From the NCBI GenBank assembly GCA_035938875.1, contig DASZGL010000006.1, positions 3,978 through 67,977 on the forward strand: a stretch of DNA of 64,000 nucleotides, given 5' to 3'. Positions 28,924-37,987 of this stretch are shown here, piece after piece. The notes beneath the pieces were generated by a model, which did no database searches, was not told the DNA's origin, and saw only the letters and a list, made by a program, of their open reading frames with translations. The DNA comes from Candidatus Dormiibacterota bacterium (GTDB taxonomy: Bacteria > Chloroflexota > Dormibacteria > Aeolococcales > Aeolococcaceae). The first letter of the stretch is position 1, and each line of letters starts with the position of its first letter. The translations under genes and the position numbers were made by a program.

Positions 28924-30573
28924 TCACACCGGGGGCACGCCGTGCTTGCGCCATGGGCGCTCCAGCTTCTTGGTCGCCGCGGCGTCGAAGGCGTCGACGA
29001 TCACCTTGCGGGTGTCAGCCGGGTCGATGACGTCGTCGATCATCGCCCATGAGGCGGCGACATAGGGGTCGATCGTCTGGCGGACCATCTCCACGTACTG
29101 CGCCCGGGCTGCCACGGGATCTGTGGCAGCGGCGATCTGCTTGTTGAAGATGATGTTGACCGCGCCCTCGGGCCCCATGACCGAGATCTCGGCGGTGGGC
29201 CAGGCCACCAGACGGTCGGGCTGGTAGCCGCGCCCGCACATCACGTAGTAGCCGGCGCCGTATGCCTTGCGCAGCACCACGGTCACCTTGGGGACCGTCG
29301 CCTCGCTCACCGCGTAGAGCATCTTGGCGCCGTGGCGGATGATGCCCTGCTTCTCCACCTCGGTGCCAACGATGAAACCAGGGACGTCCTGGAGGAAGAG
29401 CAGGGGGATGTTGAAAGCGTCGCAGAAGGTGATGAAGCGCGCCGCCTTGTCGGCGGAGTCGACGTCGAGGGCACCGCCCTTGACCATCGGCTGGCTGGCG
29501 ACGATGCCGACGCTGCGCCCGCCGAAGCGGCCGAAGCCGGTGATCAGGTTCTTCGCCCAGGTCGGCTTGATCTCCATCCAGTGGCCGCCGTCGACGATGC
29601 GCTTGATGACCTTGCGCATGTCATATGCCGCGCGGGGGTTGGCGGGGACGATCTTGCCGATGTCCTCGATGCGACGGTCCTTGGGGTCGTCGCTGGGGTG
29701 GTACGGAGCCTCCTCGCCGTTGTTGAGCGGGATGTAGGAGAGGAACTCCTTGACCGCGGCGATGCAGGCGTCGTCGTCGTCCACCTCGACGTCGCCGACC
29801 CCGCTCTGGTAACAGTGGATGTGGCTGCCGCCCATCTCGTGGTCGGTGGTCTTCTCTCCGGTGGCTGCCTCGACGAGCCGCGCGCCGCCCAGCGACATGC
29901 TGCTGGTGCCCTTGACCATGGGCACGAAGTCGGCCAGGCCGGGGATGTACGCGGTTCCTGCCGCACATGGCCCCAACATCGCGGCGATCTGGGGGACCAC
30001 GCCGCTCATCAACACCTGCTCGTAGAACAGGGCGCCGCTACCGGCGAACGTGCTCCCGGCGGCCTCCTGGATACGCGCTCCCGCGGAGTCGAGCAACCAG
30101 ATCATGGGCAGCCGGTTGAGCAGCGCTCGGTGGCGCAGGCGGGCGACCTTCTGCTCGCCGATCATGCCCATCGATCCCGCCATCACGGTGAAGTCGTAGG
30201 CCGCGCAGTAGACCCGGCGCCCGTCGACGAGGCCCTCTCCGGTGACCACGCCGTCCGCGGGCGTGCGGTCGGGCTGCGTCTCGGCGACGTGCATCGAGTG
30301 CTGGTGGGCAAGCAGGCCGACCTCCTCGAAGGTCCCGGGATCGAATAGCCGCGCGATGCGTTCGCGAGCGCTGAGCTTGCCCCGTGAGTGCTGCTTGGCG
30401 ATCTGCTCCTCGCCGCCCATGCCCAGGTACTTGTCGCGGCGCCGCACAAGCTCGGCGGTGAGCTCCTCCAGACTGGTGGTCGTCGACGCCGGTGGCGGCC
30501 CCGCCGCCTGGGTCCCCGCTGAGTACGTCGGCGCCGGCGTCGCCGCGGGATCGGTGGTGCCGTCGTCAGGCAT
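28924..30573 (-). CDS. Acyl-CoA carboxylase carboxyltransferase (beta) subunit
   Basis: Full two-lobe CT: 'HSRGKLSARERI', 'VYCAAYDFTVMAGSMG', 'LLDSAGARIQE', 'VASQPMVKGGALDVDSADKAARFI..CDAFNIPLLFLQDVPGF'. About 35-aa Pro/Ala/Thr-rich N-terminal extension. Confidence 0.92.
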   Translation of the reverse strand: MPDDGTTDPAATPAPTYSAGTQAAGPPPASTTTSLEELTAELVRRRDKYLGMGGEEQIAKQHSRGKLSARERIARLFDPGTFEEVGLLAHQHSMHVAETQPDRTPADGVVTGEGLVDGRRVYCAAYDFTVMAGSMGMIGEQKVARLRHRALLNRLPMIWLLDSAGARIQEAAGSTFAGSGALFYEQVLMSGVVPQIAAMLGPCAAGTAYIPGLADFVPMVKGTSSMSLGGARLVEAATGEKTTDHEMGGSHIHCYQSGVGDVEVDDDDACIAAVKEFLSYIPLNNGEEAPYHPSDDPKDRRIEDIGKIVPANPRAAYDMRKVIKRIVDGGHWMEIKPTWAKNLITGFGRFGGRSVGIVASQPMVKGGALDVDSADKAARFITFCDAFNIPLLFLQDVPGFIVGTEVEKQGIIRHGAKMLYAVSEATVPKVTVVLRKAYGAGYYVMCGRGYQPDRLVAWPTAEISVMGPEGAVNIIFNKQIAAATDPVAARAQYVEMVRQTIDPYVAASWAMIDDVIDPADTRKVIVDAFDAAATKKLERPWRKHGVPPV

Positions 30574-30576
30574 GTC

Positions 30577-31368
30577 TCAGCGTCCCTTGAAGTCCGGCTC
30601 GCGCTTCTGCAGAAAGGCGACGACACCCTCCTTGGCGTCGTCGCTGAGAGTCACCACGGTGAGCTGCGACTGCAGGTAGCGCAGTGACTCCTCGTAGTCG
30701 AGCCCGTCGATGGCGTAGAGGGCGTCACGTCCGAGGCCCATGATCAGCGGGCTCTTCTTGGTCAGCTGCACCGCCAGTGTGTGCGCCGCCTGCCGCACCT
30801 CGGCAGCGGGCGCGATGCGATTGACCAGGCCCCACTGCAAAGCCCGCTGCGCGTCGATGCGCTCGCCGGTCATGTACAGCTCGGTGGCTCGCTTGCGCGG
30901 CAGGTTGCGGTTGATGATGGCCATGATCATCATCGGCCAGAGACCCACGTTGATCTCCGGTGTGCCGAACGTGGCGGTGTCGGCGGCGACCACCAGGTCG
31001 CAGCTCATGGCAAGTCCGAATCCGCCAGCCAGGGCATGGCCGTTGATGCAGCCGATGAGCGGTTTGCCGAGGCGTTCGATGGTCAGGAACATCTCGACGA
31101 AGCCGGTGCGCTCAAGGTGCTTCTCCACCTCGGTGGCGTCGGCGCTGAGGCCACCGAGATCGGCGCCGGCGCAGAATGCCTTGTCCCCGGCGCCGGTCAG
31201 AACCACGGCACGGACCTCGGTGTCGTTCTTGGCGTTGCCCAGCGCGGCGACGATGTCGCGCATCATCTGGGTGCTCAGGGGATTGCGCTGCTCCGGCCGG
31301 TTGAGCATGATCGTGGCAACGCGGTCGGCGACCTCGTAGGTGACGTGGGTCAGCTGCACGTGTCCCAT
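30577..31368 (-). CDS. Enoyl-CoA hydratase/isomerase (crotonase) family protein
   Basis: 'VATIMLNRPEQRNPLS', 'VVLTGAGDKAFCAGADLGG', 'INGHALAGGFGLAMSCDL'. Start ATG 31368; the upstream part of track ORF 30577..32055 overlaps the BC gene and is rejected. Confidence 0.9.
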   Translation of the reverse strand: MGHVQLTHVTYEVADRVATIMLNRPEQRNPLSTQMMRDIVAALGNAKNDTEVRAVVLTGAGDKAFCAGADLGGLSADATEVEKHLERTGFVEMFLTIERLGKPLIGCINGHALAGGFGLAMSCDLVVAADTATFGTPEINVGLWPMMIMAIINRNLPRKRATELYMTGERIDAQRALQWGLVNRIAPAAEVRQAAHTLAVQLTKKSPLIMGLGRDALYAIDGLDYEESLRYLQSQLTVVTLSDDAKEGVVAFLQKREPDFKGR

Positions 31369-31370
31369 CC

Positions 31371-32741
31371 CTAGAGCGGCGTCATCGCGGTTGCGATTGG
31401 CAGCGGGCCGAGCAGGTCGAGGATTCCCGTGGTGTAGTCGCCGCTGCGAAATACCGGCGAGGTGAGCACGTGGCGATGCACCGCGAGGTTGGTCTTGACG
31501 CCCTCGATGACGAAGGCGTCGACAGCCGCCAGGGCGCGGTCGATGGCGGCGTCGCGGTCGGCCGCATGGACAACCAACTTGGCGAGCAGGGGATCGTAGA
31601 GGTGGGTGACGACGGTGCCGGCGCGTACCCCGCTGTCGACGCGCACGCCGTCGCCGCTGGGCTCCTGGTATGCGGTGATCGTGCCCGGGCTGGGCAGCAT
31701 GCGCTGTGGATCCTCCGCGTACACCCGCATCTCGATGGCATGGCCGGTGGCATGGACGTCGCCCTGAGCGGCACGCAGCGGTTCGCCCGCGGCAATGCGC
31801 AGCTGTTCGCGGACGATGTCGATGCCGGTACACATCTCGGTGATGGGATGCTCCACCTGCAGGCGCGTGTTCATCTCCAGGAAGTAGAAGTTGCGCTGGG
31901 CGTCGACGAGGAATTCGACGGTTCCCGCGTTGATGTAGCCGATCGATCGCGAGGCGAGCACGGCGGCTGCGGTGATTCGTCTGCGCAGGGCGTCGGTGAG
32001 CGCGCACGATGGCGTCTCCTCGATCACCTTCTGGTGGCGGCGCTGCACGCTGCACTCGCGCTCGCCGAGATGGATGGTCGCGCCCGCACCGTCGGCAAGC
32101 ACCTGGACCTCGACGTGTCTGGGGCCCTCGACGAAGCGCTCGAGGTACACGTCGCCGTCGGCGAATGCCGCCGCGGCGCGCTGCCTGGCGGTGGCCACAG
32201 CGGCGTCCAGCGCCGCCGGTGAGTCGACCCGCTGCATGCCGATACCACCACCGCCGGCGCTTGCCTTGACCATCACCGGGTAGCCGATGGCCGCCGCGGT
32301 GGTGGCGGCATCGCCGTCGTCGCCGAGCGCGGCGTCGCTGCCCGGGGCCACCGGAAGGCCGGCCTCGCTCATGATCCGGCGCGCGGCGAGCTTGTTGCCC
32401 ATCGCCGCCACGACGTCAGCGGGTGGGCCGATCCAGGTCAGGCCGGCGTCCTCGACCGCGCGGGCGAATGCCGCGTTCTCGGAGAGGAATCCGTAGCCGG
32501 GGTGGACCGCGTCCGCTCCGCTGGAGCGCGCCGCCCCGAGCACCGCCTCGACGTTGAGGTACGACTGCGCCGCCGGCCCGGGACCGATGAGAACCGCGCT
32601 GTCGGCCTCGGCGACAAAGGGGGCATCGGCGTCGACGTCGGAGTGCACGGCAACCGCCTCGATGCCCTCCTCGTGGCAGGCGCGGATCACGCGCCTGGCA
32701 ATCTCGCCACGGTTGGCCACCAGGACGCGGCGCAGCCCCAC
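31371..32741 (-). CDS. Biotin carboxylase subunit (no fused BCCP)
   Basis: 'RVLVANRGEIARRVIRACHEEGIEAVAVHSD', 'HPGYGFLSENAAFA', 'YPVMVKASAGGGGIGM', 'ERECSVQRRHQKVIEE', 'NTRLQVEHPITE'. GTG 32741 is preceded by GGAGGG. Confidence 0.93.
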   Translation of the reverse strand: MGLRRVLVANRGEIARRVIRACHEEGIEAVAVHSDVDADAPFVAEADSAVLIGPGPAAQSYLNVEAVLGAARSSGADAVHPGYGFLSENAAFARAVEDAGLTWIGPPADVVAAMGNKLAARRIMSEAGLPVAPGSDAALGDDGDAATTAAAIGYPVMVKASAGGGGIGMQRVDSPAALDAAVATARQRAAAAFADGDVYLERFVEGPRHVEVQVLADGAGATIHLGERECSVQRRHQKVIEETPSCALTDALRRRITAAAVLASRSIGYINAGTVEFLVDAQRNFYFLEMNTRLQVEHPITEMCTGIDIVREQLRIAAGEPLRAAQGDVHATGHAIEMRVYAEDPQRMLPSPGTITAYQEPSGDGVRVDSGVRAGTVVTHLYDPLLAKLVVHAADRDAAIDRALAAVDAFVIEGVKTNLAVHRHVLTSPVFRSGDYTTGILDLLGPLPIATAMTPL

Positions 32742-32906
32742 TGAAACCCTCCATTTCCGCCCGGGACACGCTGCCGTGCCCTGGTCGCAGGGCAGGCGGC
32801 GGCGGCCGCACCTTGCTCGGCGTCCCAAGTCTAGCCACCGGTCACCAGCCTCCCGATGCGCTGACGCGGCGTGCGGCGACCGTGCGCGATCGCCTCATCT
32901 GAGGCC

Positions 32907-33323
32907 TCACTTCTGCGGCGCTGTTCCAGCCACCGCGAGCTCGGGCTCGGCTTCGGCGGTGTCCGCCTCGGCGTCGTCGGCTGCATCGGTCGACGACGGC
33001 TCGCGCCGGTCGAGCCAGCGGACCGACTCGGCGACGATCTCCGTGGTATGGCGCCGTAGCCCGTCGCTGCCGTCGTAGTCGCGCGTGCGCAGGCGCCCCT
33101 CGATGTAGACGCGGCGGCCGCGCACGCCGTACTCGGCGCAGACCTCGGCAGTCCGCCCGAAGGCGACTACGGAGTGATACTCGGCCGTCTCCTGGCGATT
33201 GCCCTCGGCGTCACGCCACACGGTGTTGGTGGCCAGGCGCAGGCGGGTGAAGGCGGTGCGAGCGCCGGCGACTGACTCGGCGTCACGGGTGAGGTTGCCG
33301 ATGAGGATGACGCGGTTGATCAC
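32907..33323 (-). CDS. ssb: Single-stranded DNA-binding protein (OB fold) with non-canonical C-terminus
   Basis: 'VINRVILIGNLTRDAE...TNTVWRDAEGNRQETAEYHSVVAFGRTAEVCAEYGVRGRRVYIEGRLRTRDY'. GTG 33323 is preceded by AAGGAG. The tail ends '...EAEPELAVAGTAPQK'. Confidence 0.88.
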   Translation of the reverse strand: MINRVILIGNLTRDAESVAGARTAFTRLRLATNTVWRDAEGNRQETAEYHSVVAFGRTAEVCAEYGVRGRRVYIEGRLRTRDYDGSDGLRRHTTEIVAESVRWLDRREPSSTDAADDAEADTAEAEPELAVAGTAPQK

Positions 33324-33358
33324 GGCGGTGCTCCTTGTTGGGGGTTGAGACGTTGCGG

Positions 33359-33901
33359 TCAGGGAAGCGCGACATAGTCCTGGGGATCGACGGCGACGCC
33401 ATCGCGACGAACCTCGAAGTGCAGGTGCGGACCCGTTGAGTTGCCCGACGAGCCGACGGTCCCGAGCTGCTGACCGAGAGCGACGGCGGCGCCGTCGTCG
33501 ACCACCACCGACGAGAGGTGCGCATAGATGGTGGTGATCCCGTCGCCGCAGTCGACGATGACGTGGAGTCCGTACCCGGTCAGCGAGCGGACCACGTGCA
33601 CCGTGCCGTCGAGCGCGGCGATGACGGGGGTCCCCGAGACGGCGCCGAGGTCGATGCCGTTGTGACGAAAGCCGCCGGGACACGTCGGGTCGGGCATCTC
33701 CAGCGCCAGCGTGGTGCAGCCGAAGGGCAGCGACACCGTGGCCCCGACGACGGGACGGGTCATCGCCGGGGCGGTGTCGAGGCCCCCGCCAGCCTGGGTG
33801 GCGATGACCACGGTCGCGCCGGCGGCGACGACTAGAAATGTGAACACGCAGCCGAAGGGGAGCACCACCACCGCGCCGAGAGCGAGGATGATCCGCTTCA
33901 C
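33359..33901 (-). CDS. Membrane-anchored M23 (LytM-type) metallopeptidase
   Basis: TM 'IILALGAVVVLPFGCVFTFLVVAAG', then 'HNGIDLGA' (HxxxD), 'IYAHLS', 'GNSTGPHLHFEV' (HxH). GTG 33901 overlaps the upstream TGA (GTGA). Confidence 0.88.
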   Translation of the reverse strand: MKRIILALGAVVVLPFGCVFTFLVVAAGATVVIATQAGGGLDTAPAMTRPVVGATVSLPFGCTTLALEMPDPTCPGGFRHNGIDLGAVSGTPVIAALDGTVHVVRSLTGYGLHVIVDCGDGITTIYAHLSSVVVDDGAAVALGQQLGTVGSSGNSTGPHLHFEVRRDGVAVDPQDYVALP

Positions 33902-34857
33902 GCCGAGGAGCTCGAGTGCGACGTGTGCGTGGTGTGGTGCCCGTGATGCACGGCGCGGCGAAGCGAACGCTCCACGTGATGACCCAGCGTCTCCGCCTTG
34001 GTCTCCAGGTGTGATGCGGTGTTCATCGCGCCAGGAACCTTGAGCAGCAGGAACAGCGTCGCCAGCGCGTAGAGCGTCTGCACCAGCCCGCTCTCCGCGT
34101 CGAAGGCAAGGGCCGTGGCCACCCGCAGCACGATCAGCTGCACCGGCTGCATGAACACCGCCACCAGGAAGATGCGCATCCACGTCCGGGCGTAGCCGCG
34201 CGTCTCCGGCAGTGTCGTGCAGAGACCGGCGAGCGGCGCGATGACGATGAGGACGCCGAGCAGTGCGTGACGGACAACGTAGGCGAGCACCAGGATGATC
34301 ACCGCCACCACCAGGATCACGGCGAAGACCGCGTGGAACAGATCCTGGGTGACCGCGAGGTGGTGCACGGTCTCATGGCTCAGCGGCGGCGACCAGGGCA
34401 GTTGGTCGACATTGATGTTGTCGCCGAGTGACAGCGCCATCTGCGACATGGCGTTGTCGAGGTCGACAGCCATCTGCATCAGCGGTAGCGAGAACTGCAC
34501 CAGGACGATGGCGAGCATGAGGCGGGGAAGCATCACCTTGAGGCTGTACCTCGCCCTGAAGGAGCGCTCGAAGAGGCTGCGCAGGCAGGCGAAGGTGAGC
34601 ACCAGGGCCATCAACGCGTCGGCGGCCACGGCGACGCCAAGGTTGAGGCGGCTCAGCGAGGGATTGGCGGTGATCGGCCGGTTGCCCGGGACCGATGTGT
34701 CGATCGTGCTGAACAGGTGGCGCTGAAGCACCCGATCGATGTCGCTGCGCGCGCCGTCCACGAAGGTCAGCAACGCCCCCGTGAGCATGTCGATGAAGGA
34801 GCTGACCGGGTGTCGTAGCTCGCTGAGCAGTGCGGGGACCAACGCGTGTACCGACAT
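33898..34857 (-). CDS. Six-TM membrane protein, TrbL/VirB6-like (tentative), His-rich C-tail
   Basis: About 6 TM helices. The segment 'ALLGVLIVIAPLAGLCTTLPETRGYARTWMRIFLVAVF' matches, from memory, the conserved APxA...TRGW...W core of actinobacterial/Gram-positive TrbL/VirB6 proteins. C-terminus 'HHGHHTTHTSHSSSSA'. Not verified by search. Confidence 0.5.
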   Translation of the reverse strand: MSVHALVPALLSELRHPVSSFIDMLTGALLTFVDGARSDIDRVLQRHLFSTIDTSVPGNRPITANPSLSRLNLGVAVAADALMALVLTFACLRSLFERSFRARYSLKVMLPRLMLAIVLVQFSLPLMQMAVDLDNAMSQMALSLGDNINVDQLPWSPPLSHETVHHLAVTQDLFHAVFAVILVVAVIILVLAYVVRHALLGVLIVIAPLAGLCTTLPETRGYARTWMRIFLVAVFMQPVQLIVLRVATALAFDAESGLVQTLYALATLFLLLKVPGAMNTASHLETKAETLGHHVERSLRRAVHHGHHTTHTSHSSSSA

Positions 34858-34870
34858 CGCCGCGCGGGAG

Positions 34871-35110
34871 TCAGTGGAGGTTGCTGGGGATGGTGGAGAT
34901 CAGCGCATGGGTCAAGGTGCCGGCAACCTCGACACCGATGGTGCCGAAGACGATCCGGCCGATCCAGCGCTTCGCCTCCATGACGCTGCGCGGCTCGACG
35001 GCGATGATCTTGTACATGAAGGCGATGAGGAAGGCGAGCGCGCCGATGCTGCCGATCAAGCCCTGCGCCAGGAGGATCCAGTTGTCGATCAGCTGCTTCA
35101 GCGATTCCAC
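34871..35110 (-). CDS. Small two-TM protein, VirB2/TrbC-pilin-like topology (tentative), 79 aa
   Basis: GTG 35110 lies 1 nt after the upstream TGA (35112-35114). 'LIDNWILLAQGLIGSIGALAFLIAFMY-KIIAVEPRSVMEAKR-WIGRIVFGTIGVEVAGTLTHALI' is hydrophobic / charged loop / hydrophobic. Topology-based call only. Confidence 0.35.
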   Translation of the reverse strand: MESLKQLIDNWILLAQGLIGSIGALAFLIAFMYKIIAVEPRSVMEAKRWIGRIVFGTIGVEVAGTLTHALISTIPSNLH

Positions 35111-35111
35111 G

Positions 35112-35474
35112 TCAGCGGCCCCTGCTGGAGCTGGCGAGGATCTGCATGATCTGGTCAGCGATGACCGATTCGAGGCGGAGTAACAGGGCGTACTCACCGG
35201 TCGCCGTGCTCGCCGTGTCGCGGTTGAACCGGCGCAGCAGGTCGGGCGAGAATACGGCGCCGGCGGCGCCCGGGGGTTGGGCTGTCGCGGTGCGAGCCGG
35301 GACCGGAATCGCCGGCCATGACGGCGGTGGTGGCGGGCTGGAGTGCGCCCAGTGCATCACCGCCGCGGCGGTCTCGCGGACACCCCCGCTGACCATGCGC
35401 ACGGCGACGAAGCCGAGGGCCACCGCGGCGGCGAGCTGGAGCGCGACGAGCAGGCGGAACCAGCGTGGGACCAT
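35112..35474 (-). CDS. Hypothetical N-terminally TM-anchored protein, 120 aa
   Basis: 'WFRLLVALQLAAAVALGFVAV' TM, Pro-rich spacer, C-terminal 'EYALLLRLESVIADQIMQIL'. First gene of the coupled cassette. No family recognised. Confidence 0.35.
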   Translation of the reverse strand: MVPRWFRLLVALQLAAAVALGFVAVRMVSGGVRETAAAVMHWAHSSPPPPPSWPAIPVPARTATAQPPGAAGAVFSPDLLRRFNRDTASTATGEYALLLRLESVIADQIMQILASSSRGR

Positions 35475-35592
35475 GGGGCGGCCTCCAGTGGTGGTCGACG
35501 GCCGCCCCTCCGGCCTGCAGCACGGTCAGGCTGCGGCGCGGAGCATACACATGTTTGTAGTAGGCGTCAACGCCCGCCAGCCCGGGTCCACG

Positions 35593-36243
35593 TCAGTTGG
35601 GGGAGATGCGCCCCATGGGTACGTCGCGCCGACTGAGCATCTGCCCGAGGAGCACCGACTCGCGGCGCAGCAGCGAGAGGCAACGCCGCAGCCGCGACGC
35701 CGCCGAGTTCAGCTCCAGCAGCTCCTGCTTGCGGGGGATCTCGATCTGCAGCGTCGCTGACACCAGGTAGCTGAGCAGCTCGGGATCGTCCGGCAGGTCC
35801 AGTTCTGCGTGGCGGCGATCGCTGAGCTCGGCGATGTGATCGGCGTACTGGCGAAACGCCGTGGTCACCTGTCCCGCCAGCCGCTGCACCGCGGCGGGGT
35901 CACCTACCTCATCCTCGAGATACTCGACTTCGCCGACAAGGTAGGGACGCTTGGTCGACGTGCTCGCGATGCGAAATCGCGAGGCGCCGACACAGAGCAG
36001 GTTGTAGCGGCCGTCCTCCAGCTTTTCGACTTCGCGGAGCTGGGCGAGCGTGCCCACCGGGTGCGGCGTCGCTGCGCCGTGGGCCTCGACTCCCGCGCGA
36101 ATGGCGACGACGCCGAAGGTCACGCCCTCCTCTTCGCAGTCACGCATCATCACGCGGTAGCGGTCCTCGAAGATGTGCAGCGGCAGAGGCATGTGCGGAA
36201 AGAGCACGGTCGAGAGCGGAAACAGTGGGATCTCCACGCCCAT
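35593..36243 (-). CDS. Stand-alone Lon N-terminal (LON substrate-binding) domain protein
   Basis: 'IPLFPLSTVLFPHMPLPLHIFEDRYRVMMRDC', 'VGTLAQLREVEKLEDGRYNLLCVGASRFRI'. No AAA+ or protease domain. Start ATG 36243. Confidence 0.8.
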   Translation of the reverse strand: MGVEIPLFPLSTVLFPHMPLPLHIFEDRYRVMMRDCEEEGVTFGVVAIRAGVEAHGAATPHPVGTLAQLREVEKLEDGRYNLLCVGASRFRIASTSTKRPYLVGEVEYLEDEVGDPAAVQRLAGQVTTAFRQYADHIAELSDRRHAELDLPDDPELLSYLVSATLQIEIPRKQELLELNSAASRLRRCLSLLRRESVLLGQMLSRRDVPMGRISPN

Positions 36244-36295
36244 GTCCCGCAGTGTATCGCTCGCCTCGATCAGGGACCGAGACGGGTGGCACGCT

Positions 36296-37585
<1,290 letters not shown>

Positions 37586-37646
37586 GTCTCGTCGTCGCCG
37601 CGTTACGACGGTGTTGCCGCCCCTACCGCGGACGGCTTCGGGGCTG

Positions 37647-37670
37647 GCGTCCTGTCTCAGAACAGGACGC
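37647..37670 (-). terminator. 9-bp GC-rich hairpin abutting the stop codon of the small C2HC gene (no U-tract)
   Basis: GCGTCCTGT(37647-37655) / ACAGGACGC(37662-37670), 6-nt loop. Confidence 0.3.
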
Positions 37671-37870
37671 TAGGCAGCCTTGCCGCAGTTCTTGGCGTGC
37701 TTGATGATCCGCTCGCGCTTCGGCTCGCCCGGCTTTCGCGTGTGTCGGAAGGCGATCTCCACGCTGATCTCGTTCTGGCGCATCAGCTGGTTGCAGATCG
37801 GGCAGCGCACGCCGGTGATGATGTCCTTCTGGGAGGTGATCCCCTTGGATTCCTTGATTGTGTTGGCCAT
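37670..37870 (-). CDS. Small conserved-looking protein with CxxC...HxxxC (putative zinc-binding), 66 aa
   Basis: 'MANTIKESKGITSQKDIITGVRCPICNQLMRQNEISVEIAFRHTRKPGEPKRERIIKHAKNCGKAA'. ATG 37870 has AGGAG 7 nt upstream. Lys-rich and locally lower GC than its neighbours. The rest of track ORF 37670..38956 is antisense to tetR and rejected. Confidence 0.5.
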   Translation of the reverse strand: MANTIKESKGITSQKDIITGVRCPICNQLMRQNEISVEIAFRHTRKPGEPKRERIIKHAKNCGKAA

Positions 37871-37897
37871 TGCGGCTCCTGAGGTGAGTGCCTGAAA

Positions 37898-37909
37898 GGT
37901 GGCGCCACC
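37898..37909. promoter_or_regulatory. Perfect 12-bp palindrome GGTGGCGCCACC in the divergent spacer (candidate TetR operator)
   Basis: Read directly. It lies between the small C2HC gene (start 37870, -) and the TetR gene (start 37988, +). Confidence 0.4.
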
Positions 37910-37987
37910 GCGCGGCGCCACACGATTGTACGGTGGCTGCGGGCGACCGACGGCGGCAGGCCGGACGGTCGCGGTTAGACTGGCTGC

